From: Eutreptiella sp. 'Long Island Sound 2002'
Taxonomy: Eukaryota; Protista; Euglenida
Length of the DNA: 64,000 nucleotides
Reading direction: 5' to 3'
Assembly (NCBI GenBank): GCA_964036045.1
Contig: OZ038378.1
Coordinates: 166,098,001-166,162,000 of the forward strand
Shown in pieces: positions 47,101 to 59,500 of the stretch (positions within the stretch are counted from its first letter, which is position 1; each line of letters opens with the position of its first letter). A program made the position numbers and the translations under genes. The notes under the pieces are model-generated. The model did no database searches. It was not told where the DNA came from and saw nothing but the letters and a program-made list of their open reading frames with translations.

Positions 47101-50100
47101 GATGGCCTTGGATGGCAACACTATTAATGGGACCGGAGAACATCGGATGCCACCGGATTACGGGCCCTCCACGTAGTGTAGTTTGGCAAGGCGTGCCCTG
47201 GCAGGCGGCCTGGACAGGGGCCATGAGGCACTTCAATACTGCCTGGAGAGGGGCACAACCGTGGCATCGTGACCGTGTGCAGAAGCAGACGTTAAAAGCC
47301 CACGGTGGCAGCCAAGTGTTGGAGAGTGTGGACATTCGTTTGGGTGCACAGGCCATTGAATAGTGCATGCAAACATCTTTCATTTTTGTTCAGAGCCCGA
47401 GTTTGTGCAATTGCCTTGTGCTATGGGCTCCGTCACGGGACCCCCCCCCCTTTTCTGACCCTCTGGCCGGCTCCACGGGGCTCCAACACCCTCCGACCCA
47501 CCAACCGCAGTGCGTCCTTCCAGCGGGGGAGGCTCAAACCGCAGTCAGCCAGCCAGCCTACACCCAACGCCCCGCGCTGGACGGAGAATGGCCGTCCACA
47601 GCCAGCGCTGATCGCTTCAGGGGCAGTCGCCCCCGAAGCGATTGTTTCCCGGCTGTGCAGGCGGGGGGGGGGGGGGGTTGGTGACAGTTAATTTGGTGTG
47701 GGAAATTTGGCGTTTCAGATTTGGCTGCCAAATCTCCCGCGCCAAATCCAGCGGCTTCCGCCAAATTTCCCGGCAGGAAAACCAACCTCTAAACCTGTGG
47801 ACTCTGGTGGGTGGTGGTGCAAGCTCTTCACACGTCCAGGCGAGGGCGGACCCTGCCAGGCAGCTCCAGGCAGAGCAATTCCTGAACCCCTCCCCTCTGC
47901 CCTCGGCCCCCTCCCTGAACCCGCGCTCAACAACCACCCGAAGTATCGGAAACAAACAAAGCCCAGCCAAACACAGGAGGCCGCTGGCTAAGCTCCGCCA
48001 AGCCTGCAAAGCCCTACATGCCACAACAGTTCTGGTGGTGTCCGCCAGAGCTGCTACACAAAATCCAGGGGCGCAACATTTCCCACAGCCACATTCACCA
48101 CCGCCAAATTGACTAGGCACACCCCCCCCCCTCTGGCAAACCCCGCATGGACTCGGAGTGTGCATCTGGATGCACCTGGTCCACGGCACAGGCAACAGCC
48201 CGTCTCCGGGACAGCCAACCCCAGAATAGTCAAACAGGACAAGTCATTTTGGGGCTCCGTTGACACAACCAAAACACGTTCGGGCCCACAGAGGGTCAGA
48301 ATGAGCAGTGGCGAAAGGCCAATAGGCACCGCCAAAGGCAAACAACCTGATACCGAGGCCTTGTGCCAACCCCCCCCCCCCTCTGGCATGCCTCTCATCA
48401 AATAATGGCTCTTTTTTCATCGCAGAGAGCCAGGGCCTGGCAAGAGGGTGCCCGAGGCCCCCCGTCGCCCAATCATTGTGCGTCTACTCCCGCCGCTTTG
48501 CTTTGCAGACGGCAAGTTATGTGGTGTACGTGACGATGCCCCTCCCCTTCCTCACGCTGCTCGTCTTGCTGATCCGCGCCGTGACATTGGACGGGGCAGG
48601 GGCCGGCATCCGCGCGTATTTGGGCCAGTGGGACCTAGCGCTCTTGAGCCACCCCGGGTATGCGGGCTCTTGCTATCCCCCCACCAAAGATTGCCTTTCT
48701 TGGCCCGACAGCCGGGAAGGGCCCGACACCCGAAGCGCCACATGTGCACCTGGAGCAAGGGCTTGGGGTTTCGAGGGGGGGGGTCAAAAGAGCGCCCCAA
48801 AACGGAGTCGAGGCCGTGGGGAACGGGGCTATTCGGCAATTAGTACGGAATGCGGCGCCACAGACGCCGAAACTGAGGGCAGCACTGTGCCAAAACGGGG
48901 GGGACTGTTTCCCCACACCCGAACAGAAAGCTGCAGTGCTTGACGCCCTCTCACTGGGTGTTGCTGCTGGTCACTCGGCAGTCGAACCAACGACCCACTG
49001 ACGGCGCCAGCCGGCGGTTGGTGGCCTAATTGCGAGCGAGGCAGACACGGCCAATCAGGCAAAGTGGCTGATCTGTTGTGCTGCATCATCTACGGATGCC
49101 AGAGCACCGCCCGCGTCGATCATAAAGAGCAAGTCGAGGGTGAAACATTGCTGGCGTCTAGACCCCTTTGGCGTCCCTTGCCCTACGGAGCCTGAACACA
49201 GCCCAGCATACGCCCAATGCCGCATCGCCCACGCTCAAACTGAAAGGAGCAGGTGTCAGAGAGACAAGTGGCCTTCCATGTGGTCTTCCGTGCCAGAGAT
49301 GAGGTCGCTTGCATTCCCATTGGCGTTGCAGCCGGGGCGTGAACAACAATTTTCTGGCGAGCAACAGTTTCCGCCGCACTTCAACAGAAGAAATGCAACT
49401 TGACGCCGTCTCACTGACCGTCGTTGGCTGTTGGGTGGTCACTAGCGGCAGTTGACATGTCAACCGACAGCGATTCCTGGCCAACCGAACCAAGTTGTAG
49501 CTCTGAATTAAATTGCCTTTTTTTGCTGCATTCACATCCAGGGCAGTAGGGTATCTGATTAGCACAAGCTGCTGCTGCTGCTGCTATGCGGTCGCCGGGC
49601 CCCTCCGGGCTCCCCCACTTCCAGCAGTCCGCCGCAGGGCGAGCCAACACAATAAGTCCTGGGTTGAGGTAAGGTGGGGCAGGGTAACATGGGTTGACTG
49701 ATTTCTGCGGATCGCTGTGGTGTTCTGCGTGTACCTCTCCCCAGTACATTTGCTTGTGCCGACAGGATTTGGGCTGATGCTGCTGGACAGATCTTCTTCT
49801 CATTGTCAGTGTGCCTGGGCGTCATGACCTCGTATGGGTCATACACCAAAAAGGTCTGGTTTGTGCTTTGCTCCAAGGACATTGATGCCGCTAGACGGCC
49901 TGGGAGTCGAGCACCAAATATTGGGCACAGAGGAGCCACACACTTACCCGCCGTATGGTCCACCATTGGGCAACGTCGCGCAACATCGAACATTTTGCAG
50001 CATTTCTTGGGTGCATGGGTATTGTTTTCTAGATTCTGTGCAGCTGCTGCATTTGCAAGGCCCTTGTTTGCACTACAATTTCAGTGTTTACTGCTGCCCT

Positions 50101-53100
50101 TCCCCCCCCCTTTACTCCAGTGCTTGTTGTCTGGTCACATCTGCCCAGAACATCAATGGGGAGGTCAAGCCACATGACCCTTTGGCCCCCAAAAAATACA
50201 AATCCTCAACTAGGCCGAGGACCAGAACCAAAAAAGACATTGAGATGTTACTTGAGCCTTGGCCACTGAAAGACTGGTACCTAAGAAAACACACGGCCAG
50301 CCCATGTATCGTGCCAGCTACATGGCCATAATGGCCACCAGTAATTCCGTGTCATTTGTGCTCTGCACCAGCGGGATTGTGAAGCCATGGATCTGCAGTA
50401 GAATATGGCGAGACCACTGCATCTTTGTGTACAGTACCTGACCCATTGTGCAGGTACATCGGGTGTCTGAAGTTTGCACTGAGTGCACGTGCACAATGCA
50501 TGTCCATGTTTCATTCTGCCAGCACCCCGCTGGTGATGGGTGTCATCGTTCAGCGGTGGTCTGCGGATGTGTCGCGAGCCCGCATTTCTTGGCATTGGCG
50601 ACGGTTGTTTCCCCGTGTTGCTGCTGGCAACAGTATTGTCTATTATTGTTCACGGGTGTCTTGCCCGACAGCCATGGACCTGGCACTGGGCAAAACATCC
50701 GCGTGGGAGAATGGGGGTCTTAGCGTTGAGAAGCAAAAAGCAAATGCAACAGCAAAGCGGTCCATCATTGGGATTGACGCATTTTGACAGGACAAGCACA
50801 GCAGGAACGGTGCTTTATGCCCTTTCTGAAGTTGTTGTGGCGCCGGGTTGTTGCTCCTCCCAACTTCAGTCATCCCTCCTCCTCGGGGTACAGGATGCTC
50901 CGACGACGGCAAACGTCTTTATCATTGCTCTTGCCAATTCTACGTTCTCATTCTTATGTGGGTTTGCAGTTTTCGGGTATGGGTGCCCTCCCGGTCGTTT
51001 GCGTAGTGCGTGTGGCCTATGCGTGCAACATTGGTCGACGTGCCACTGTCAGCCCTTGCCCATTTGTCTGCCAACGAACCCCTCTACATTTGGATTTGTG
51101 GATTAGGCAATGGCCCCATTTCAATGTGTGGTTTTGCAGCACCTCCTGTCCATATGCAAGCAGAGAACCAGTCATGGTGTACAAGAGAGGCCCTATGTTT
51201 CAAGCATGTTGTCGCCTCACACAGACACATCACACCAGCCCCTCATGTCGGCAATCCTTGAGCCTTTCTTATCCCTCATCATTCAAGAGCTGTGCGATTA
51301 GATCCATGAGACAGGGGATTTGACACAGGAGTTCAAGTGGATATTGTAATCTTATTTGGACTGACGGTTGGGTCATAGGGACATGGGGCTGTGAGGCAGT
51401 GCCACTGCCCTCCCAAGTCGCAACAGGAACTGGGGAAAGCGGGGGAAACAAAGGAAAACAGGGCAAACACATTTTAAAAATGGTGCGGAAGAAGTGCAAA
51501 ACACCCAAAGCTCAACCTGCCATCCCTCAGCATGGGAGGAGGCTCAAGCAGGGTAATAATGGGGTGGGGTGGGGGGGGGGGGGGCAAATCCAATTTACGC
51601 TGCAAATTACATAAATTTTTGTAAATTGCTGAAAAAATGGCATAAAGGGTCCATTTTTGCAAACATTTTGTTGAAAAGGTTGGGGAAAAAACAAAAATTT
51701 ACAGCAAAATATACAAGGAGCTGGTCGCCGCTGTTTATTTAAAGCTTGCCCAGCCGCAAGGACCCCTTTCCCCTGCCCAGAATGTACCAGATTTTTCATC
51801 AAAACTCCACATTATTGTGTTATGAGGTTTCCACATTGGTTGAACTGTTGAGTGGTACCGTCTTTCTCTTCAATTTCCCATTTTTTGAAGGAAGGAAGGA
51901 AAATTTACACCAGTTTACACAAGGTGGGGGCTGGGGGCCAATTGCACTGTAAACCCCCGTAAATCCCCGGCTTGGACTGTGTGAAATGCACATTGGAACA
52001 TGGTCCAGCGCGGTGCCTTCGGTATCATACCATTTCCGCTGGACGTCTATTGCACACATGCATGGGATTGAGGTACGAGTTTTAGCAACAGACGCCACAC
52101 ATTCTGAGAGCTGTCCCAGCCGATCTGTCCATCTTCAAGTGATGGGGGAGGATGTTGCCACTAGTTTTGTATTGTCAAGAAGCCCTGAACGAGTGTGTTC
52201 TCCTGTTTAGGATGCAGAGGGACTGTCAGAAGGGTCTCTACTAAGAAAAATGCTCATTTGAATTTTTCTGCCCCCTTTGACCACTTTGTATGGGCTGCGC
52301 ATCTTGCGCTCGAGGGTTGATAGGACTCCTCAGGAATCTTTGGCAATGCATTTTTCCTGTGCCTGTGCTGACGTAGAGAGCGCGGCGTTGGTGCAGTTTG
52401 GGGACAGGGATCAGCGGAAGCCCTGAGATGATCGGTGCATTGTCATTGAGGCCCTCGCAACACATGCTCATAGGATTCTCGGATTCCTGGCCCAAAAGCA
52501 AGAGGTCAGCGTTGCGGAAGTGGCTTCTAAGAGCATCACGCTTGCGTTCGTCACGTATCCCTCTGCCCTTGCAGAGGTATGCTTGCACGCCATGGGCGGG
52601 AGGGGGTGGGGGTAGTGAGCAGGACCAGACCCCCATCGACAGGGGATCCTTAAGAAGCCTGACAATTTTTTTTGCTAAGGACCGCCCTTAAGGACCGGCC
52701 CCAGGGACCACCAGCCGCCAACCGCCAACCGCCACCAACCGCCAACCGCCAACCGGAATTTGAATCCCGTCACTCTTCAGACCCCCCGGCTCATGCCTCA
52801 GGTGTTGGGGTGCAGAACTGAACTAAACAAGCCCCCCCTTCCCTCTGGTTGCACACGTGGAAGCAGAATATACCTCCTGCTTGGTGTATGCACAACCTGA
52901 CAGACACCACATATCTCTCTGGGACATTCAGTTTATGCCAACACGGAGCAAATTCACATTTTTCCCGGTTTTTCTCAACTTTTAGTCCAATGCACCAAAG
53001 TGTCGTTACCTTGGGGGGGGTATGTGTATGCTTTTCGAAATCTGTGAGAAAAGGCCATTTCAGAAATGTATGGGTTGGGGGGGGGGGGGTAGGTGACCAT

Positions 53101-55939
53101 ATTTTTTAGTACCGAGGCTGAACTTTTCGGCGTTTCAGGGTTTTCGGGCCTCAGGCTGCTCCGCTCACGCGTGCGGGACACCAACTCACAGGTTTTCCCC
53201 TGGATGCTCCGACATATTGTGGAGTTGGAGCAAAGTGAAAGGAGGTAAATGGATGCATTTTGACGTGCTGAATCCAAATATTGTGGTCCCATGTCCCAAC
53301 TTGACAGCCTGTTTGCGAATTTCTGCCATCTTTGATTTCTTGCACTCTGGTGAGCTTGATGCTGCAAGTTGCACTAGGCATCACCCGGGTGTCCAAGGTA
53401 GTTATTGGTCAAAGTCTTCAACATATTGGGGTCTTGAGGGGACCCATGTTGCACATGTCTTCTACACATCAAATGCAACAAATCCACCTGAATGACTTGA
53501 CCCTGATATGCCCATATGTTGGAGTAACGGGGGTAGGGATGCGGTGCAGTCTGTCTGAAACCGGACTAGAACAGGCAAAAAAAAACCCAACCTGCCAACG
53601 GTAACGGCCAATTTTTGAAAAAATATGGTTCCCGACCCCCCCTAACCCATACATCTCCGAAAAGCCCTTTTCAAGAGCTTTCCGAATATACCCCACATAC
53701 CTCCCCCTACAAGGCACTCAAGAGGCACAAATGAGGCAGCAATGGCACCGACACCCTAAAACGCTCCGTGTTGGCATAAAACTGTCCGTCCCAGAGAGAT
53801 ATGCTGGAAGACGCAAGGGCAACATTGAGCAAAATTGAAATGGTGCCGTTAGGTGGACTTGTGTTGAATCCCAATGGGGACTCATTGGTGCAAACGCCTG
53901 TCCTTGAAATTACGAGAGGAACAAGAAATCTCGCAGGTGATGTTGAAGAGCGGGACATGGGCAGTGAGCGGTGGAGAGTACAGACAGACAGAGCATACAG
54001 CACAAAGCTGCACAGCAGAGCGTGACAGAGGTTGCCATAGCAGATCACACTACAGGATACCGCAGCTGTAGCTGTAGCTTTAGCTGTTGGTCATGGAATT
54101 GTGCAAAATATGGAAAGAAATGATATGGGTGACTCCGAGCCCGGGGGGGGCGGCCAGGCCCGGTCCTTGTATGCGACACCCCCCAGCCCCCCCCCCCCCC
54201 CCCGAGTTTTGAAAGATAGCGGTGCGGGCGCCAAATTTTTTGTCCCATGCTTAGTTGAAGGGGGTACTATGCCTTTTGTCCTTAAGACCCTTAAGACTTT
54301 CTTCCTGGCAAAGACAAGATATTGCTGTTATCGCATACATACCTCTATATCCCCATGCCCCCAGACACCCCCTTGAGGTATGCATGTGATAGTAGTGGGT
54401 TGCGCGCAGGCCCCTCCCCCCCCGGCCAAGCTGCCAATACCCCCCCCCCCCCACCCTCCCGCCGACCCCCCCCGCAAGTTTTGGCAGATAGCTGGGGGGG
54501 GTGTCGCATCAGGACCAGTTGTAGTCGCGCCCCCCCCCCCCCCCCCGGAACTCCGAGTGTGCGCATGTGCGAAAGTTAACGTCCACAAATGCTGGGGGTG
54601 GAAATTATGTGGTCCACATATTTGCACATATTTGCACATATTTACCACATATTTCTTGATGGTCCCTAATGTTAAAGTCAGAGAGGAATGATGGTTACCG
54701 TTGTTCTTGCGATCAGTGCTGTGGTTCTTACTGTTTGTTACTGTTTGCTTGTTGCGTCACATGTTCGTTACGTCCCATGTTCCACCGCACGTGTCACCGT
54801 TGACACATTCTTGTTGAGACTGCAAATCGTTTGTTGACAGGATCGCGTGCACGCATGGCAAAAGAGGCAAAACAGGTGGCCTTTTTCAAACAACTACGCT
54901 TTGAACCGCCACCGCTTATGTGATTTGTCTCATAATCTCCGTGATTACCTGGAGTTGCAGTTAGACAGTCTTCCAGGAGTGCAGGATGAGTGGGCTGCCT
55001 ATGTCGAGACTTCTTTTTGCGGCATCACAGGCCCAACGCACCTTGTTGAATGGTGGGACTCTCGCCCATCGTCTGCCCTCAAGGATTGTTTACTGTTCCT
55101 CATCACCATGGTGATGGGGACCGGCAGTGTTGAGCCCTTTTTTTCATTTGCCAAGTACACGGATACAGACCAGCGACATGGTCTGGATGACAATGGCCGG
55201 CGGCAAGCTTTCATGACACACTATAATGGAGATTTGGAAGGGCGATCGGACTAAAGGCAGATGTGGGCTTCACATAGACTGAAAGTGTTGTGGTTTGCCT
55301 GTGTCCATGGAACACCAGAGATTCATAGCATGCATGGGACCCCAGGAATTAACGGCATCCATCCAAACAACACCAAGAAATAAAACTGGCCATTTAGGGG
55401 CATGTGTTTGGAAAAAATTTGATTGCCAGAAGTCTATATATTTTACCATAATTTTTTCTATTGCTGCTTACCACAAGCCCCCCCCCCCCCCAGAGAAATG
55501 TCATGATACTGAAGGTACCATGCTGACCATGTTCCAATCTGCATTTCACAAAGTCACAGAGGTCGGACACTGAGGTATGGTAGGTTGAGCTTTGGATGCG
55601 AGATGTTGTTTTGCACCTCTGAAAGGCCATGCATAGATTTCTTGTAATTTTCAGTGTGCTCCAAAGAGGCGTAATGTGGAAGGATCAGCCACAACCAATA
55701 TTGTCCGTTTGCTGTGGAGGAAGGGTGTGAAGCATGAACGGTCGGAGGGAGAGTCACCAGGGCCGGAATCCATGCAGCCCATGTGCTCACCGCTGCAGAT
55801 TCCAGGAGCAAACGTCTGGTGCGTCATTGTCTTCCTCACCCTCTTCTTCTTGGGGATCGACTCCGCCTTCTCATTGCTCGAGGCCATCACGACAGTGATC
55901 TGTGACGCCGAGTTTGGGGGCATGCAAGTGGAGAAGCTG
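32069..55939 (+). CDS. SLC6/NSS (SNF) Na+/Cl- symporter, TM1-TM8; exons 32069-32167, 35528-35632, 37364-37467, 38436-38561, 39681-39759, 46076-46150, 48509-48657, 49766-49853, 50894-50976, 52474-52576, 55799-about 55939; first exon and TM9-12 not located
   Basis: All introns are GT-AG with matching phases. Protein: [43 protein letters not shown]...LEISLGQ...YYTVIIAWTCIYF...LPW...[20 protein letters not shown]...[26 protein letters not shown]...[21 protein letters not shown]...[19 protein letters not shown]...[15 protein letters not shown]. Confidence 0.95.
32270..34205. mobile_element. Diverged foldback-type element with tandem subterminal units in inverted orientation
   Basis: gtatgagccctgaaccccattggg x2 at 32280-32340; the reverse-complement unit cccaatggggtt(a/c)ggg.ctca x4-5 at 34010-34185. 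Confidence 0.55.
35528..35632 (+). CDS. SLC6 exon, TM2
   Basis: cacag|tgg...ggg|gtatga. Confidence 0.93.
37364..37467 (+). CDS. SLC6 exon, TM3
   Basis: ttccag|gac...gc|gtatgc. Confidence 0.92.
38436..38561 (+). CDS. SLC6 exon, TM3 end/EL2 (WTCIYF...PLPW)
   Basis: gacag|g tgg...ta|gtatgc. Confidence 0.9.
39681..39759 (+). CDS. SLC6 exon, EL2 (HLKRNVLL)
   Basis: ctctcag|t...gcc|gtatgt; phase fits both neighbours. Confidence 0.8.
40228..40326. repeat. Degenerate interstitial telomere-like (CCCTAA/CCCTAG)n tract
   Basis: taaccctacacctaaccctacccctacccctcaccctagccctaaccctagccctag. Confidence 0.6.
42855..43265. repeat. Tandem repeat of about 62 bp, about 7 diverged units
   Basis: aataaacagcacccatccagagttgtaaaaaa... 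repeated. Confidence 0.9.
43688..43860. other. Tail-to-tail pair of degenerate tRNA-like (Trp-like) sequences around a GC palindrome
   Basis: + copy ccaatggtaacgcagccgatgccagatttgcagg..gatttgaatcctggt; - copy ccgagtggtaatgcagccgac..aatctgtgg..ggttcgaaccccggt; centre cgccgccgccggcggcggcg. Confidence 0.6.
44831..45340. mobile_element. Old MITE-like element (imperfect TIR of about 40 bp)
   Basis: gggcatctgccatttaattttggc...ggcctccc versus reverse complement ggccatccaccgctttaatttggc...gccctccc. Confidence 0.5.
46076..46150 (+). CDS. SLC6 exon, TM4
   Basis: ctgcag|ata...aag|gtttgt. Confidence 0.9.
48509..48657 (+). CDS. SLC6 exon, TM5
   Basis: ttgcag|acg...gg|gtatgc. Confidence 0.93.
49766..49853 (+). 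CDS. SLC6 exon, TM6 (GQIFFSLS)
   Basis: gacag|g att...aag|gtctgg. Confidence 0.93.
50894..50976 (+). CDS. SLC6 exon, TM7
   Basis: tacag|gat...gg|gtatgg. Confidence 0.92.
52474..52576 (+). CDS. SLC6 exon, EL4 ([10 protein letters not shown])
   Basis: catag|g att...gag|gtatgc. Confidence 0.92.
53009..53714. mobile_element. TIR element of about 706 bp with imperfect inverted repeats of about 100 bp
   Basis: ccttggggggggtatg...atgtatgggttggggg...ccatatttttt matches the reverse complement of 53617-53714; no clear TSD. Confidence 0.65.
54140..54549. mobile_element. Non-autonomous TIR element, copy 2 (410 bp)
   Basis: Perfect 8-bp TSD actccgag (54132-54139, 54550-54557); same family as 28259-29032. 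Confidence 0.88.
54841..55254 (+). pseudogene. hAT transposase C-terminal (dimerisation-domain) fragment
   Basis: [46 protein letters not shown] fits the hATC pattern WW...L...L.....S.ERxFS......R..L. Confidence 0.7.
55799..55939 (+). CDS. SLC6 exon, TM8 (LGIDSAF); donor position approximate
   Basis: ctgcag|att; probable donor ctg|gtgcgc. Confidence 0.88.
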
Positions 55940-56571
55940 GTGCGCCAGGGATTCTGGGATTCTGATGCAAGTGTTGTGGCTGGGAAGCCACTCAGACAGT
56001 TTGTATCGGTTTGTATGGTGTCCAAGCTTGCCACCAGCGTCCGCCAGGTCAGGCGAGATTAGAAGGAGCTCGGTCCTACTGATTCGGACACGTGACGCAG
56101 CTGGTTCCTACTGAGTCCCGAGTGGTGTAGCCAGGCCTGCCCTAATTACCCGTCGCGCCACCCGTCATATGGCAAAAAACGCCTTTTTTTGGCCAAAATC
56201 CACGTTTTCCATTGTTTTCTGGTGTTTTTTGGTGTTTTTTGATGTTTTTTGGTGTTTTTTGGTGTTTTTTGGTGTGTTTTAGCACATGTGACCACATTTC
56301 ATGGCACTCCAATACCACATCTTTTAATTTTTGTCTTTGCATAATCTACCTGCTGCACGCGTTTTGCGCAACGCACTTCGATCCATACAGGTTCATTAGG
56401 TACCCCGATAGGATCAGGTGTGGATGACACAATTGTCTCAGGTTCATTAGGTACCTTTACAGGTGCTCGGGACATGGCATGGTTCGAAGAGAGTGGGAGT
56501 AAAGCTTTAGCAGGAATCAATATGGTATTAGCTTACACATTCCACCCTCATTCTTTTCTCTCATAGACACC

Positions 56572-59500
56572 ATGTCGAACCCCCGCAGCCTCCCCATTTG
56601 GCTGCGCCCCACCGGCGGACAATGGACGCGGTATTCCAGTGCTACTGAAGCTACGGATTACCTCACAACGGCGCACGGACTGAAGATATACCGTACGCAA
56701 GTCACACGTGCTGCTGAAAAGCAAAAGACACGTGACGGCTGGGAATTCACGGACAAAGACCCTGGGGAAGCACCGCCACCGGTTCCCGAGGACGCACCTG
56801 CCCAATTGAGGCCAACAGCGCTGACGTCCTACTTCTCTACCATCTCGGCACCATGTGCCTGTTGTGACGAGAAGTTGCATGGTGCAATCGTGCGTTGCAC
56901 ACTGTGCCAAAGGACACCCATGAGATCTGCACACATCATGGCAAGTGCCTACGTTGTGTATGCCGCGTCTGTGATTCACCGTCAGCCGGCGTTATGCGCA
57001 CTTGCAAATAGTGCAAGCGACGTGTCCACCAGCGATGTTCCACTGCTGTGATGTTGGAAGCAGTTTGCCATGTGTGCTCTGCTCCAAGGTCTGCACCGCC
57101 GCCTCCACAGCCTAAAGTTCGGAAATTTAAGCCAAAGTGGCGTGAAGGTCGCCCATGGTTGTGTCACGAGAATGGCTTAATGTGGTGTGCAGCGTGCCGA
57201 GAATACCCTCAACAGGGTGTACGCCAGTCATGGGTGGACGGCAATTCATGTTTGCGGTTATCAACTGTCAAGGACCACACCAAGTGTGGATTACACGCTA
57301 AGTCCTTGGCACTTTGGAATAGTGCTGGGGCATCATCCTCTGTGGTCGGTGCTCTTCCCAGCCCAGTACAGTCCTGCATACGCGGTCTTTTCGCTGTCGT
57401 GTACCGCATCGCGAAGCGAGATGGTGCCTTTAATGATCTTCCCGGGGATGCTGAGCTTGTCACTTTGACAGGGGGCTCCATCACTCCCTCATATCACGGA
57501 CGGACCGCGTCCGTCACCATTCTGCATGCCATTGCTGCCCCATACCGCGCAGACGAGGGTGCTGCCATCATGGCCAGCCAATTCTTCGGATTGGCATCGG
57601 ACTCGTGCGCGGACAGGGGTGCACGTAAGGAGGAGCTGTTGTACACGCGCACCGTCCGGAATGGTGTGGTGACCACCTCGTACCTAGGATGTGAGTATCT
57701 GAAGAGCGGGGACGCCGGTGCCATTGTGGCTTCATACAAGCGCGCACTCCTCCGGGCGGGCGCTCCCGTTGAGGAATGGGTTGCTCGCCTGTTTTGGTAC
57801 TGTGCAGATGGGGCCGACGTCATGCAGGGCACGAACACCAGCGTCTTCAGATGCTTGAGGTCGCTGCAAACTGAACTGCTCGGCTTAAGTGTCGTGGTGC
57901 CCTTCCACGCGAATTGCCATAGAGCAGACCTAGCCTTGGTATGGCTAGGTGGCTATGGCTGCTGGCTATTATGGTTTCCTGGATATCGTTGCCGACGGGA
58001 TGCAGGCTATTGCCTTGCACTGGAACCATGCTCCTGCCCGTCTTGCGGTCCTGCGCACCATGTGCGATGCACTGCGCACGACCCTGCTAAAGTTTGGCGT
58101 CCTACGTCAACGCCGGTGGGCCGCCTTCGCCGCCAGAGCCCTCCGCTCCCTCATCCGCACGTACCCCGCAATGGTGTGCACGCTTTTTGCGCTGCGCCCT
58201 GCAACCAGGGAGGATCGGGAGCACCAAGAGGCCCTGCTCTGGCGAGTCACCAGCTGGGTCTTTGTGGCGGGGCTGCACTACATGAGGGACATTGTACAGG
58301 TTGGTTGCAGTGGCGTGTGGCAGGGTCCAGAGGGTTACTGGGCATCAGTTTTTGGTTGCAGTGGGGTGTGGCGGGGTCTTGAGGGTTGCTGGGCATCAGT
58401 TTTTGGTTGCAGTGGGGTGTGGCAGGGTGCTGAGGGTTGCTGGGCATCAGTTTTTGGTTGCAGTGGGGTGTGGCAGGGTGCTGAGGGTTGCTGGGCATCC
58501 GTTTTTGGTTGCAGTGGGGTGTGGCAGGGTGCTGAGGGTTGCTTGGCATCAGTTTTTGGTTGCAGTGGGCTGTGGCAGGGTGCTGAGGGTTGCTGGGCAT
58601 CATTTTTTGGTTGCAGTGGGGTGTGGCAGGGTGCTGAGGGTTGCTGGGCATCAGTTTTTGGTTGCAGTGGGGTGTGGCAGGGTCCAGAGGGTTGCTAGGC
58701 ATCAGTTTTTGGTTGCAGTGGGGTGTGGCAGGGTGCTGAGGGTTGCTGGGCATCAGTTTTGGGTTGCAGTGGGGTGTGGCAGGGTGCTGAGGGTTGCTGG
58801 GCATCAGTTTTTGGTTGCAGTGGGGTGTGGCAGGGTGCTGAGCGTTGCTGGGCATCAGTTTTGGGTTGCAGTGGGGTGTGGCAGGGTGTTGAGGGTTGCT
58901 GGGCATCAGTTCTGGTTGCAGTGGGGTAGTGGGGTGTGGCAGGGTCCAGAGGGTTGCTGGGCATCAGTTTTTGGTTGCAGTGGGGTGTGGCAGGGTGCTG
59001 AGCGTTGCTGGGCATCAGTTTTTGGTTGCAGTGGGGTGTGGCTGAGGGTTGCTGGGCATCAGTTTTTGGTTGCAGTGGGGTGTGGCAGGGTGCTGAGGGT
59101 TGCTGGGCATCAGTTTTTGGTTGCAGTGGGGTGTGGCAGGGTGCTGAGCGTTGCTGGGCATCAGTTTTGGGTTGCAGTGGGGTGTGGCTGAGGGTTGCTG
59201 GGCATCAGTTTTTGGTTGCAGTGGGGTGTGGCAGGGTGCTGAGGGTTGCTTGGCATCAGTTTTTGGTTGCAGTGGGGTGTGGCAGGGTCCAGAGGGTTGC
59301 TGGGCATCAGTTTTTGGTTGCAGTGGGGTGTGGCGGGGTCTTGAGGGTTGCTGGGCATCAGTTTTTGGTTGCAGTGGGGTGTGGCTGAGGGTTGCTGGGC
59401 ATCAGTTTTTGGTTGCAGTGGGGTGTGGCAGGGTGCTGAGGGTTGCTTGGCATCAGTTTTTGGTTGCAGTGGGGTGTGGCAGGGTGCTGAGCGTTGCTGG

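Noticed and set aside
32069-55939. Euglenid-type non-conventional introns
   Set aside because: Every junction I could reconstruct is canonical GT-AG with consistent phase.
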